Of a stretch of DNA of 64,000 nucleotides, positions 12,631-26,142 are shown piece after piece. The DNA comes from Octopus vulgaris (lineage: Eukaryota). The stretch spans positions 43,028,001 through 43,092,000 of the forward strand of contig OX597825.1 in NCBI GenBank assembly GCA_951406725.2, read 5' to 3'. The notes under the pieces are model-generated. The model searched no databases and was not told the DNA's origin. It saw only the letters and a list, made by a program, of their open reading frames with translations. A program made the position numbers and the translations under genes. How positions within the stretch are numbered: the first letter of the stretch is position 1; each line of letters opens with the position of its first letter.

Positions 12631-13998
12631 ACACATACTCGTCCGAGTACGTATACGCATCCCTGAAAACATATGTGACCGTCCTGCGTCCAGAGTTGTC
12701 ATGGTACTTGACGAAATATCTGACTCATTCTGACTCATTGGTGGGTTTTGCGAACATGTGTGTAAAAAAACAACTATCTTTATGACTGTAATTTAAATAT
12801 TTCAGTTATTAAAAATCTCGGATGTAATCATCATCTATGTTATTCTGGTAAAGGAAATAGCTGTTCTAATGGTGTTGACTTACTTGTTTATAAACCTCAA
12901 TTCTCTCTTCAATTAACATTAAGAAGAATATTGCTATTCATGTGAAGCTTTTGAGCCTGAGAGCCGACGCGAAAATCTTACTTTTACAGCTCTACGTCGT
13001 CAATTCTTGTATCTGAGATGTCAAATTGAAACAATAATTGACCAAATACAAATGATAGTTTACAAGAATCTAAAATGGTTTTAATGCAAAAGTATTTCTC
13101 TATTCAAATTACACTATGTGGTTTGGAAAATATAACACTGACCAAAATTATTTTTCCTGATCTCTGTGTGGCGAACATATGTTAATGTAATGACCTCTCA
13201 ATAAAACACATTTTCAGAAAGTTATAAAATAAAATGCGTTGAAACAGTGATTTCTTCCGCCAGAGGAACGTTTCGGTTCATAATTATTTTCAAATTTAAC
13301 AGCTTAATCATTTTCAAAAGCCCGAAAAGAAAACTTTTTAAATTTCTCTATTTAACAGTCCATATTACTGTCACAATGCACACATATTTAAACGACAGGC
13401 TACTGCACGGTTAGCCGTCTACACGTAATTGCTTCTGATACATTGATAGCAGAAATAAGTAGAAATAAGCCTGTATTGTGCATTGGAACTGAAACAGAAT
13501 TTTCGAAGAGGCGAAGCGAGTGAACAGCCATGCCTGAAGCAACTCACATGCCTGCGAGTACAGACAAGCCTCCACATTTCATGTGTGTGTGTGTGCGTGT
13601 GTGCGTGCCTGTGCGCGTTCGTGCGTGTGTGCGTGCGCGTGCGTGTGTGCGCGCGCGTGCGTATGTGTGCGTATGTAGGTCTGAGGCGTGTGTCTGTGTT
13701 TGTTGGTATGTGTGTGTGAAAATGTTTGAGTATGTGTATATACATGTATATATTACTAGTTTCCACATAATTGTGCTAATTCTAATTCTGCTAGTGAGAA
13801 CTTGAAGAAAAGAAGTGCGTAGCTAGAAGATAATAATGAAAATGTTTAAATATAATAATGCAATTTGATGTAAGATGCTGAAATTGATATTGCATCTTAG
13901 CAGGATCTCAGTTGGAATAGCCATCTCTCTTCATAGTATGCAACGATATTACATCTGTGTGTGTACGTGTGTGTATGTATACACTCATACATGTATTC

Positions 13999-14060
<62 letters not shown>

Positions 14061-14606
14061 ATTTCATATAAGTAGATATATGTATGTATATATTTTATAT
14101 ATATGAATGTATATATACACACACATATATTTTATGTACATGTATGTATATATATACACACATACAAAGAGATACATAGAAGTATACATGTATATATATG
14201 TGTTTGTATGTATGTATGTAAATGTGGTTATGATTCCCAATGATTACCTGTTCACTCACAAAGTGTGCGTGTGCTCCCAAAGCTTCTATTTCCTTCTTCA
14301 TATCAATTATATTCTTTCAGTACTTAACCTTTCACATTTCTAAGACTGGTTACCTATTGTTTTCACTAATTGTATTAGAACTATTCTGGCCTGGGAGGTA
14401 AAATGACTTTAGAATACTTACACATATTTAAACTGCAAAATTAAATGTTTGACTTTTTTTTATTTCGTACTTTCTTATGTCTAAAGGAAATATCAAATGT
14501 TTTACTTCATCGAGGCACATAGCACATTCGCTCAGATGAACATATGAATATATTTGGGTGTTTCTGTATATCTCTGTCTTGGCAACTTTGTGAGTCTGTG
14601 TGTATG

Positions 14607-14654
<48 letters not shown>

Positions 14655-14659
<5 letters not shown>

Positions 14660-15900
14660 TTTTTTTTGTCGTATTTGGGGATGGTCATGTTGCCAGTTTA
14701 GCCAATAAAAACACATGCACTACATATCTGGTGTTAATTTGCTTCAGCTTTATTTTATTTTTTACATTAATCGTATTTCGGCCAGACATATTTCGTCACA
14801 CTTCTGTGACCTCATCAGTGGTCCTTTGCTTCTTTCCTTCTTATTTGTGTGTTTTTTCTTACGAACGATCAGCTATTCTGTATTTTGTACGTTTCCTTAT
14901 CTGCACATGCGTATTCCCCTATGTGTGTCTATGTTTGGTAAGTACGTGTGTGTGTGTATGGGGGCAGTGCTTCTATTATCTGTATCCCCTGTTTATACAC
15001 GTTCCTATAATTTGTCTTTATTTATTTTGTTCATGTGTTTATACCTGCTTATTATTTTTTATTCTTTCTTTTTTGTATATAATATATTTTTTTTATTTTG
15101 TTAACGTATATAGTTATTTAGCTCCATATGTTTATCTGTGTATTGTATTTGTGGGGGTCCGTATGGCTCTGGTCCATCCGCTACATCTCTCTATAGGGGT
15201 CTTCCTAGCAATAGAATTGTGGGTACCCTACCTCGTAAACGTCTACTAGGGCAGAAACTTCTAAAGTCGTGTTTATCTAGATATTCATTGTCATATGTCA
15301 GTCTAAGTAGGAGGCCCAGTTCTTCTGTGTTAACATTGCGGAACTCCACTTCGCTCTCGTTGATCATCTCCACGCATTTCTCCATCGCAAAATCCTCGTC
15401 AATAGATGGGTATAGGGATAGCACATCCATGCTACCCACTATACATCCTGTCAGGTCGCAGGTGTTGTTACAGTCGTTGATCCTGCTGAGGAGAACTTCC
15501 GTGCTGTCACAAACATCAGGTAACATCCGGATTATGGGGCGTATGATCATTGACAGGAAGTAGGAAATCCTGTAGTTGCAAGCGATATTTGCTCCACAGA
15601 TTGGTCTTGTTGCTGGTCCCGCCAAAGGATCAGTGATTACTTTGTGCTTCTTACGAAGTCCATACAGTGTCGGGATATCGTTGTTCCAGGTTTGGGAATT
15701 GTTGGCTGTGCGTTTCTGGGGTCCAAGAACAATTGTCCACTTTCATCATGTGGGCGTTGAGGACCTTTTCTCTCTCCTCATGCGCCTGTAAAGTTGTTAC
15801 TTTCGTCTTGGTGATGTGAGGTTGCATTGTCTGGGTGTAGTTCGGCAAGCTGTCTATTGACATCCTGCCGGACGTATCTGTGGAAGGCATGCTCTCCGTT
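14655..15900 (-). mobile_element. Inverted 5' portion of a second PLE (RT N-terminus to motif A and insertion) followed by an HHR-bearing UTR
   Basis: TDTSGRMS, IPTLYGLRKKHK, TRPICGA, GSMDVLSLYPSI and CPSRR..GRVPTI. Confidence 0.85.
14780..14824 (-). ncRNA. Minimal hammerhead ribozyme motif
   Basis: Minus strand reads ggacca-CTGATGA-g-gtcaca(gaag)tgtgac-GAAA-tatg-TC-tggcc. Core is intact, with one unpaired G at the stem II base and one defect in stem I. Confidence 0.8.
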
Positions 15901-15914
15901 CCTCGTGCGCTGCA

Positions 15915-17010
15915 TGATCTTACCCGCATGTGGCCTACATTAATATCATAGTTAGGACCAACTCTAGTGACGGTAATGTAGAAACTGAGAATAACGTTAT
16001 GGAGAGCATCCAGCAAATAGCTAACTCCATCCACCAAAGTATCAAGGTAACTATAGATTACTCCACTAAGCACACCAACAATAGACTCCCTGTACTTGAT
16101 ACTGAACTTTGGTTAGAGACTGTGAACAATAGAGTGCAGCTCCTCCACTCCTATCACATGAAACCCATAACTTCAAAATATGTTGTTCACAAGAACTCAG
16201 CTTTGTCACACAACATGAAAATTAACATACTAATAGCAGACCTAGTTACAATAATGAATAATGTGTCCCCACTACGTGAACCCTATGAAAGGAAAAATAT
16301 ATACAGAACTTCATGCACCGCATGCAGTTCTCTGGATATGATCAGGAAGATAGGGTTCGAGTATACGGTGGGGGGCTAGAAAGAAATTAGACATTATACG
16401 TAATGATATCAGTGGTACCTGTCCTAGATATGGAATAGGATACAAAGAACTTGTGACAAAGCAAACAGGGCGAACACGTGGTATAAAACTGACAAATATC
16501 AAGGAGTGATGGTTGTAGAGGCCAAATCCCATGGAGAACTAGCCCGTAGATTTAGAAAAGCTCTGAAGGAGATCAAACTCAACGTTAAGTTTGTTGAAAA
16601 GCCAGGGAACACCGTCAGATCATAACTATGTAGTCCGTACCCCAGTGAGGATACCATATGCACCAATAACTGCATGTTATGTAGGATTAGCCCTGGCTTT
16701 AATTGTAGAACTCGAAATGTAGTTTATAGCATAAGATGCAAAGAATGTGTTTGTAAAGACATGAACATGACGTACATAGGGGAGACATCTAGGAGCATTG
16801 CGGAACGACTAAATGACCATCTGAGACAATATGACGACAAAAACAGTCCTCCATACTCTACCAATATGCCAAAGACTACCATGGAGGTAACTTGGGTCAA
16901 CTTGACATCCGCATCTAATCCAAGCGCGCAAAAGACCCAACACTCAGACAAATATGGGAGAACGTCCTTATAAATGAAACCTCCCCAATACTAAATAGGA
17001 AATATACATA
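15915..17010 (+). mobile_element. 3' portion of the same PLE (decayed YVDD, thumb, CxxxCxxC linker, GIY-YIG), Neptune/Nematis-like
   Basis: cat gtg gcc tac att aat atc is a decayed YVDDINI. Then IANSIHQSIKVT, LPVLD, CTNNCMLC, NVVYSIRCKEC and YIGETSRSIAERLNDH. Confidence 0.88.
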
Positions 17011-17929
17011 GTCGATATCATACCTCCATACCCACAGTTTACACATGTAGAGTAGAATAGTTAGTGGGTTGATATGTAGATATATGTGTGTATGTGTGTG
17101 GGGGTGTGTACGTGTGTGTTAGCATATGGATATGAAAATAAATAGATCAACATACAGACGGATAGGTACATAGGTTATATGAACAGACAAGCACACATAT
17201 GCAAATGGAGACTGAAACACATGATCATATATACACACATACTTTACTCCACACAAGGACACATATGTAGACACGGGTCCACACATATAGAACTACACAT
17301 CCATACATACAAATATGGTACATAGTTGCAAAACACACACACACACAGACATGCACACACAAGGAGACAGAGGTGCATACATATACAAACACACGCTCAC
17401 ACACACACACATACATAGAAAATACACAAACACGGACATGCAAACGCATGAATATGCAGAATACATACATACAGATTCACACACATACGTACATATATAC
17501 ATATGCATACACGCACGTCTATACATGCACACGCATGCATACATACGTACGTACATACATACATACATACATACATACATACATACGTATATGGTTGCAT
17601 GCATAAGCACATACACACGCTGACCCACGCATGCGCACAAACAAACAAAAAGGAACGCAGTATAAATGACAGACCGAGTCAAGACTATTTAAAAGGTTGC
17701 AAGACGCAACGAAAAATTTAGGAAAATAAAAATAAGAAATAAGTGGAAATCTTACCGGTGAGTGTGTTAAATTATTAGGCACAAAAAGGAAATGACTCTC
17801 CCCACACACAACAGAATATGCTTCAACACACGAACTCGCATAAAGAGTTTTGCAAGCCAAATCCCAAAACGAAATATATCTTTTTATTTTTATTTATATT
17901 AAGGGCATTGATATAAACAGATAAACAGA

Positions 17930-17977
<48 letters not shown>

Positions 17978-18011
17978 GTGTGTGTCTGTAAGTATGTATG
18001 TATATATATAT

Positions 18012-18255
18012 GGTGGTTGTCTACTTCTTATACAGAGTTTGACCAACTCCTGTACCTACACATTGTGACTATCATGGCATCTGATGCGGCTTTTTAAACC
18101 ATACAATATTTTGAAAAGACACCCACATAAATTGCATATCCGATTTGGGTCACCAAGAGCTGCGTATAAGTTCTGATCTTTGCGGATCTTAAAATGTCTT
18201 TTGACGCCTCCATTATGTTTGCAAACCTTCTGGCATACATTGCATTCAGAGGGGT
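18012..18255 (-). mobile_element. 3' end of an RTE-type LINE (C-terminal zinc-finger-like motifs)
   Basis: CNVCQKVCKHNGGVKRH and CNLCGCLFK..GLKSRIRCH followed by a short tail next to (TA)n. Confidence 0.55.
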
Positions 18256-18640
18256 GCACAGACATATAGGCAGAAGAAAATGTTGATATTGACGAACGTT
18301 CTGGAAAACATGCAACCAGCAGAACCGAGAAAAACATCGCAGATGTGCGAACAGCTCTGAGGGGAAATCGTCGAATCAGCATCCGCGAGTTATCAGATGA
18401 TGTACAGAATAGTTATGTTTTAGTTCCATCCATTATCATTGAAGATTTAGGTATGAAACACCTGTTGCCAAGTTTATACCCAAACTGATTTCAGCTGATT
18501 AAAAAGACATTCAGGTTTCAGTTGCACAAGTTTTCCTTGATTGTGTCGAGAACGATGTAATCTTTTTGAAAATTTTGAGCAGCTATTGTCAAGCTTTTCT
18601 CAAAATTTGATGCAGATTCTCTGCTCAACTTTCTCTGTCT
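18255..18640 (+). mobile_element. Mariner N-terminal (HTH) fragment
   Basis: DERSGK, NIADVRTALRGNRRISIRELSDDV and IIIEDLGMK. Confidence 0.7.
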
Positions 18641-19859
18641 TATTTATATAATTTCCAGTATACAGGAATAATGCCATTACTAATCGCAATATTTCTGCAA
18701 TAATCTTGCCATGTATTAATGGGGGAAAATGTGCAGGAACCTCTTAATATTTGCTCCTTCGAAAATCAACACATGTGTTTACTTTGTAGCTCGTATAATT
18801 TCTTTCGTGAGAAACGTTTCCTATTTATTCGGACTTTATTGCATTCTTATCGTTAAATTTTGTTTTGATTAAATCCAGTTCTGCGAATCATATATCTGTA
18901 GCTTGTACTAACTCCATGGCATCATATCTATACTTTGAATGCACGATCGAATTTGCTAGTGAGTTTACAAATGAGTGAACGTCTAAGCGAAGGATTATCC
19001 CAGACCACGCACACACAAACACATATACTTGCATTTATACATACACAGATACGTAAATATGTATACATTTAGGAGAACGATGATATTAATGTACATATTA
19101 GTGGTTATGTGAGCCTGTGTGCAGCTGTATGTTTGTCTACAAGAACGGGCGTATATGTGAGTATAGAGATTTTACAATATAGCATTTTAGGAGTGTTGAT
19201 CTGCAACTATGTTCACAACTCTTTTCATATGTGTGACTCGTGACTCAGCGTATCTATATTTGTTTCACATTTACGTATAATAGCAAGCATGCGTATAGTT
19301 GTGTACATTGAAAATATATATATTCACTAATACTGAGTGTTTAATGCGTTGTATATTAGCATACGAGCTTGTGTGTATCATTGTGAAGTTGTCAGATGTG
19401 CAATTAATTTATGTTGCAATTAATTTATGCGTGTCCATACGTGTATCTAGTCTTCCGCAACTAGTGTGTATACTCATGCGAATCTAATTATTATTACTTA
19501 ATTGGAGACACATTTCCTCAAGAGAGGCCCATGTTAGCTTGAACCTACTGGAGGCGGTACATCTTCTGACCGTTCAGAAGAGTATGTGACATGTTAGAAT
19601 TTAAGCCGTATATTTTATGCCAAATGGGTTATCCAGTAGAGTAGGTGCTGTTACACTTGTGGAAAATATAATTTCTTCTCAGCTAACTTCAGCTCATTGA
19701 ATTATATAATATACACAAATACATGCTCACGTGCATATATAAGTAGGTGCGTGAGTATGAGTGTATGTGTGTGTGAATGTGTATGTATGTTTATGTGTAG
19801 TGAGAAAAGTTATTAAACATTGACTGGTATCATTTAAAGTAGTCATAAATTTTATGGAT

Positions 19860-20667
19860 ATACCACCATTTGGCGTAGGAAGAGTATTGAAAGCACTGCA
19901 CTGTGATATGGAGGAAGACAAGGTTGCAAGATTTCAAAAGCTACTAATATCTAAAGTTTTAATTGCACTTCTACAGGATAGAAGACGAGATTTATTCTTG
20001 AATAATATGGTGTGAGAAAAGTAATATTTCTATCACACTTCTAATTCAAGGCAAATATTTGTGGTGCAATCCTCAAACCTTAGAACTTGAGTATTTGAAA
20101 AGAACAGCTAAACATACGCGAGTAGCAAATACGGTAGACAATTTGGGCGATAGGCAGATCAGAGTTACTGTTTTTGCTGAAATTCATTTAAATCGCCCAA
20201 AATACTATTAAATCGTTTAAAAGGAGTTATTTCTCATATATTTCAATGTAGGAATCAATAACAAGCCACTCATTTTGAAGATGGATCACTGTGCCCTACG
20301 AAGAAGGTATCACAAGCTTGGCAAATAACCGACAAAATCAAATCTCTGAAATGAGTTCCTGAAAGCTAATTGAAAACAATTGGAAACATCTTCATAGAAG
20401 ATTGGGACCAAAGTCGTCGAAAATTAAATCAATTATAGAGCTGAAAGTAGCATTCACGAAAGCATGGATAAACATCGATCAATCTGACATTGATAAATTA
20501 ATCAAAGCAATGCCTTATCGGGTGAAAGCTGTGATATTAACCAAAGAAGGGATTAGAAAATATTGAGGTACGCATTTGTTTGGGATATAATTTTAGTGAA
20601 GGTATTTCTAGTTAAATTGCCATTGCAATTTATTACCTCGGCTATGAAGTTGTTGCAGACCACTGTG
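19860..20667 (+). mobile_element. Decayed Tc1 element with right TIR
   Basis: IENNW and the C-terminal MPYRVKAVILTKEG motif. Terminus reads ...ttgttgcagaccactg. Confidence 0.6.
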
Positions 20668-20683
20668 TGTGTACACCCATTCG

Positions 20684-20724
<41 letters not shown>

Positions 20725-20744
20725 ACACACACACACACATATAT

Positions 20745-20781
<37 letters not shown>

Positions 20782-20786
<5 letters not shown>

Positions 20787-20885
20787 CGAACAATTGCGTG
20801 TGTGATGAAAAGTTTTAAGTGGATGTGAATATGTACGAGTTTCAGCATGCACTTTCATATCGACCTATTTGCTTCAACAAAAATA

Positions 20886-20954
<69 letters not shown>

Positions 20955-21087
20955 GTATATGTGTGTACGTGCGCGCGCGTAAATTATATTTCTGTAGAAG
21001 TAAATAGGCTGATATGATGTTGCATGCTGAAACTCGTACATATTCACATCCACATAAAACTTATCACATACACAATTGTTCACACAT
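20782..21087. repeat. ~105-bp inverted repeat enclosing a (CA)n tract
   Basis: gtggatgtgaatatgtacgagtttcagcatgca pairs perfectly with tgcatgctgaaactcgtacatattcacatccac, and flanking matches extend both arms. Confidence 0.9.
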
Positions 21088-21399
21088 ATACATATTCATA
21101 TACGCCTGACAACAAATATATAAGCACCCACTATAAACGTATAATTGTGGTTCAAGATTTCTTTGAATTCTGTTAGTTTTACACTTCTCTTAATTGTTAG
21201 TGCTAGTCGCAATGTGTAGAGATGAAGTTTCTTGCTACCACAGTGACTTTTTCTGCTTGGATTCGACAATTCTTATTAATTTTGCACATATATCCTAGTT
21301 ACTCCAGAAATTCATTCTTGCTAAGAGCGTATTTCATACCGTTTGTCAATGCCGTCTCTTGAAATGAGATGGTCCCAGAGAATAATCACAAATCCTTAT

Positions 21400-23070
21400 A
21401 TTTTCAATAAAAGTAACAAAAGCCATTCTGAATCGAGAACTAAATGTACAAAGTTGTCGGTCAACAAGACTTCACAGCTGTAGCTTCATTTCTTCATATT
21501 CAAGCAGTCTATATTCGTTGTTTAGGTTATAGAAGCCAGTAGCTATCACAGAAAGCTCCTGTAGCGGAGTATAATGCTCAGCACATAAACCGTACAAGTG
21601 AAGCGCTCGAATTCACTTTAGCCCCAAGATATGTAAATGACTTCACATAATTTAGGTTTTTCCCATCAACCTGTATAGGTGTGTCAGGAAAATTGGCACC
21701 TCTGCTTGACACCTTGACTTTGTTTAAGAGTAGGGCAAGGTTGGTGAATTCAGTTTTCTTTATGCTGATGGTCAAAGCAAAGGCTTTACATGCAGCAGAC
21801 GACAGGTCTAGACGTTCCTGAGCTTCCTTTAAGGAGGTCGCTAATAGTGCTGCATCATCTGCAAAAAGTAGATCGCAAATGATACTGGTGCGTAGCAGTG
21901 TTCTGGCTTTGAAACGCTGATGATTAAATAATCCATCACTTGTTTGAAACTGGAATTTGATACATTTTGCATGTCACCAAAAGCATACCTCAACATCAAT
22001 GGAAAGAAGAGTGCCAACAAAATAGGGGCCATAACACAACCTTGCTTTTTGCCGTTCGGACGGAAACGGAAGATTCTCCACCCGATATGACAGCAGCCTT
22101 CATTCCCTCATGAAAGGAGATGATAACATTCAACATGTTGTCAGATGTATCAAGCTTTTTCACAACCTTTCAAAGTGCTTGCCGGTTAACAGTATTGTAG
22201 GCCTTAGTAAGATCAATGAATACCATGAACAACTGTTGATTTTCTCACGCACCTTCTCCATGACCTGACGAAGGGAAACGATCATGTCAATAGTGCCGCT
22301 TCCAGAGCGAAATCTGCACTGTGATTCTGGATAGATATAATTTAGAACGCATTTGATGATACTCTCAATAATGAATTGAGCAAGTATCTTATCAGTAATA
22401 GAGAGAAGCGAGGACCCACGATGACTACCACAGACACTTTTGTTTCCATTGTTTTTATAAAGACATTGACCTGAAGCATCCTTGAAGTCTTGTGGTACAC
22501 GGTCTACCATCCAAATATTTATGAAGATGTCATGCAATTTCTTGGAAAGCTTCTGTCCACCATGCTTGTAGATTTCAGGAGGGACAGCATCCCTGCCAGG
22601 GGCTTTACCAGAAGAGATCTATTTAACAGAGTTTCACTTCCAGGAAGGTTAGCTTCAGAGATTATTCTGGTATTTCTGCATGCTTTGGAATAAACATGAC
22701 ATCACTATTAGTGACTGAGGTGGAGTTCAACATGGCTTCGAAGTGATCTTTCCATAGTTTCAGGACGTTAGATTTGTCAGTTAACTCTGTTTCTGAATTT
22801 AATGAAAACATAAGAGTAATACCGCACTCTTGAGGACCATAGGCTTTCATGATGCCGCCATAAAACGATTAAGAATCTTATCTGTTTGCATCTTCTTGGA
22901 GTTCAGTAGTCTTGGAAGGCCACCGAACCTCCGGGGTTTATTTTTTGTCCCGCAGGGTGTGCAACAGTCACCCTCCTCACCAAGCAAGTTCAGTGGGGTT
23001 GCTGATGACCCGACTGTATAACAGGCTGTACTGGGTTACATGTTACCCGCAGCGCTCAAGAGCGACCTGA
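21400..23070 (-). mobile_element. Decayed RTE (BovB-like) LINE with probable 5' UTR, internally deleted
   Basis: VPQDFKDAS, HRGSSLLS, PESQCRFRSG, IDMIVSLRQ, APILLALFF, FADD-like (~21860) and FTYLGA. Confidence 0.88.
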
Positions 23071-23075
23071 CATGT

Positions 23076-23462
23076 ATCATTATGATATATATTATACAGT
23101 TATTATACTTCCATATTAGCTTTCTCTCCGTAACTTGCAAAACCTTTCAGGTTAGTTTATAAAAATATAATCTATTTAGTATTACGTCAGTTTAAGTATA
23201 TATCAACTAAATTTGACTGAAATTAATGAGCGAGCATTAGGCCAATCAGATTCACAAGGAGCCATGTAAGCGTCGATTTGTGAATTCGATTCAATCTGAG
23301 GTTAGATCATCATTTCAGTAATCTGTTCATATTTTAAAAAGTGTCGCTTCAAATCAGAGAATAGATATCATTATGATACCTATTATACAGTTATTATGCT
23401 GAGTCTTCCATAGTAGCTTACTCTCCGCAACTTGCAAAGCCTTTCGGGTTTGTTTATAAAAC
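23076..23462 (+). repeat. Imperfect ~90-bp direct repeat, period ~291 bp
   Basis: atcattatgat..ttatacagttattat..ctctccg.aacttgcaaa.cctttc.ggtt.gtttataaaa at 23076 and 23367. Confidence 0.8.
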
Positions 23463-25130
23463 AAAGAAAGATTGCCGAAACGTAAAAAGTAACAGTATGG
23501 CATCGTTTGTTAGCATATATGGTAGCTCGATGCGTGTCTAGGGTTCCGTTTTGCGGCTCACAGCAGGTTGTCTTGGAATATATATTTGTTTTCTTGAAAT
23601 TTAGTGTGAATTTTATCGATGTTAACGTTCTCAGAATATGGAAAATATATTGCATGGAATTTGCTGCCAGTCACATTTAGTTTACAGAGAAGGCTACACG
23701 TGCAAAATGATGCCTGATGCAACGGAAATACGTTGGGTTACAATATCAAGTGTGTACAAGAATTTATATATAAATGTGTGACTGTGTGTACGCACGGTGG
23801 CTTTGTGCATATTCTACCAAATCATACTAACAGTACATTAGCTAACCCGTGGTTATCAAACAAATGAGAACTAAATGTTTGAGAAGTGAACTTACTAAAC
23901 TCAAGCCATTCTTGGGTCCAAAGTCCGCTGTACATATTTATATTGATCGCTTATAGATAAGAAGTAACATGTATCTTATCTATATTCGAACTAAACTACA
24001 AAAATGATATAATTAAATACTGAAAAGAATTTAGCCTGAACCTTAATGTTTTTGCATGAAATAGCAAACGAAATAAAAGAAAAGTTAGGTGGACATGAAA
24101 AAGAAGAGGAACAGAGAAATAGCAGTAAAATGTAAAAATAGTTTTAGAATTTGTTTCTTTTATTTGATATTTCCTTGGCATGTTCGGCGTATTAAGAAAA
24201 TAAAATGTTGACCGGAGATAATATATAAGACAAACAGTTTTCTTGGCATTTCTCTTTGCATCTTAATTCAATTATTCCAGACTTTTGGAACAGTTTCGCG
24301 AGAAACATAATCGAAAAATACTGCTTATGTGCATAAGTGATTTTCTGACCAGCATCCAACTGCCTTAATAACCTTTACAATATATTTGAATTCTCTGTAT
24401 TGGCATGTACATGATTATACAGTCGTATTTTTGTCTCGATTATTGAAAGGAAATATTAGAAGAGCCGTGAGATTAGTGTATCCGTTAAATGTTTCGTGGA
24501 TTAATGCGTTCTACGATGCCAGATGTGTGGTCTATTATGTTATACAGCAGTATGGTCGAAAAGGAGATGTTGCGTAAAAAAGTTGACTTGGAAACAGTCA
24601 CGTAGTTTTTGGTTCGTAAAAGAGTACGAAACTTAATCCCCAACTACGAGTTCTGACTACGTTCAATGTCATTTCTAATGTATTAGAAAGTATTTTCTTT
24701 AACTCAGTGTGATCTACAAATTTTACAAGAGTGGAGGAGTCACACTTATTGTTAACCTAAACCAATCACTAGTTCACTGCTATAGAATCTTGACTCGTGT
24801 CGTTTCTCGCATTATTAGAAATGACCACCTCCAGTGATAAAATGTTTGTCGCTATTAACTTTATTAAAATTTACTAAAAACAAATTTTTCAGGTTTGTTT
24901 TTCATCCTGATGGATTATCATTGGTGTTATCGTTATACATGCAAAGGCTTAAACTTATATGCTGTATATTCTCTGATCGATATCTCACATAGCAGTGCTT
25001 ATCGTTGAAAATAGCCACAAATATATTTCAATCAAATTGATGCAATAAGCAACTAATGTTCTAGGATGGGATATTGGCTAGATTAATGTTTGTAAAATAG
25101 CAAGATTGATATTATTGCATAACATTTCTT

Positions 25131-25695
25131 ATTTCTTTATTGTCCACAAGGAGGGGACAAACAAGGACAGACAAAGGGATTAAGCCGATTACATCGACCC
25201 CCAGGGAGTAACTGGTACTTAATTTATCGACCTGGAAAGGATGAAAGGACCTCGGCGGAATTTGAACTCAGAACGTAACGGCAGACGAAATACCTATTTC
25301 TTTACTACCCACAAGGGGCTAAACATGGAAAGACAAACGGATTAAGTCGATTATATCGACCCCAGTGCGTAACTGATACTTATTTAATCGACCCCGAAAG
25401 GATGAAAGGCAAAGACGACCTCGGCGGAATTTGAACTCAGAACGTAGCGGCGGGCGAAATACCTATTTCTTTATTACCCACGAGGGACTAAACACAGAGG
25501 GGACAAACAAGGAAAGACATAGGTATTAAGTCGTTTACATCGACCTCAGTGCGTAACTAGTACTTAATTTATCGACCCCGAAAGGATGAAAGGCAAAGTC
25601 GACCTCGACGGAATTTGAACTCACAACGTAACGCAGACGAAATACCGCCTAGCATTTCACCCGGCGTGCTAACGTTTCTGCCAGCTCGCCACCTT
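25131..25695 (-). mobile_element. Head-to-tail trimer of a tRNA-derived SINE
   Basis: Three 170-185-bp units share gagttcaaattccg, cctttcatcctttc and gtcgat..aagta.cag. Only the 5'-most unit (ending 25695) keeps the head ggtggcgagctggcagaaacgttagc. Confidence 0.92.
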
Positions 25696-26142
25696 TCTTT
25701 GGTAATTAGCATTTCCCTTGCTTAAATTATTATTCGTGTATGTCTAAAATAGTTGATATTTACGTTATATTTTCCGAAGAGTATCGAATGGATTCTGTTA
25801 TTATATTCATGTATACGTAGAGTAAAATTTCGCGTGAAATTTGTTGAATAGCTAACTGTTATATGGATTGACAATGCAATGCACTTTTGCATATGGATTA
25901 ATATTTGGTTTACAGGTAAACATTTGACTTTCTCTTTGCTTAACTTTATTATGTATGATGGAGTAAAATTCAGATTTGAGCTTGCATTGGAATTATGCAT
26001 TTCATTCAATATATGAGATGAGATAGACGTATTGTAAGACATTTGTTTAATTAATTCGTGTTTGAAGTATTAATTACACAAATTAGTCTTCAGCAATTAT
26101 TAAGGAAATAATATTTATCTAGCGATATGTCATTATTATTAT

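Noticed and set aside
17685-17725. gttgc/gcaac-GAAA-aatt-TA partial hammerhead
   Set aside because: The CUGANGA box and stem I are unrecognisable.
22998-23060. CTGATGA followed by a stem
   Set aside because: No GAAA after stem II, so it is not a hammerhead.
25131-25695. Repeat array as CRISPR
   Set aside because: Units are 170-185-bp SINE copies with no unique spacers.
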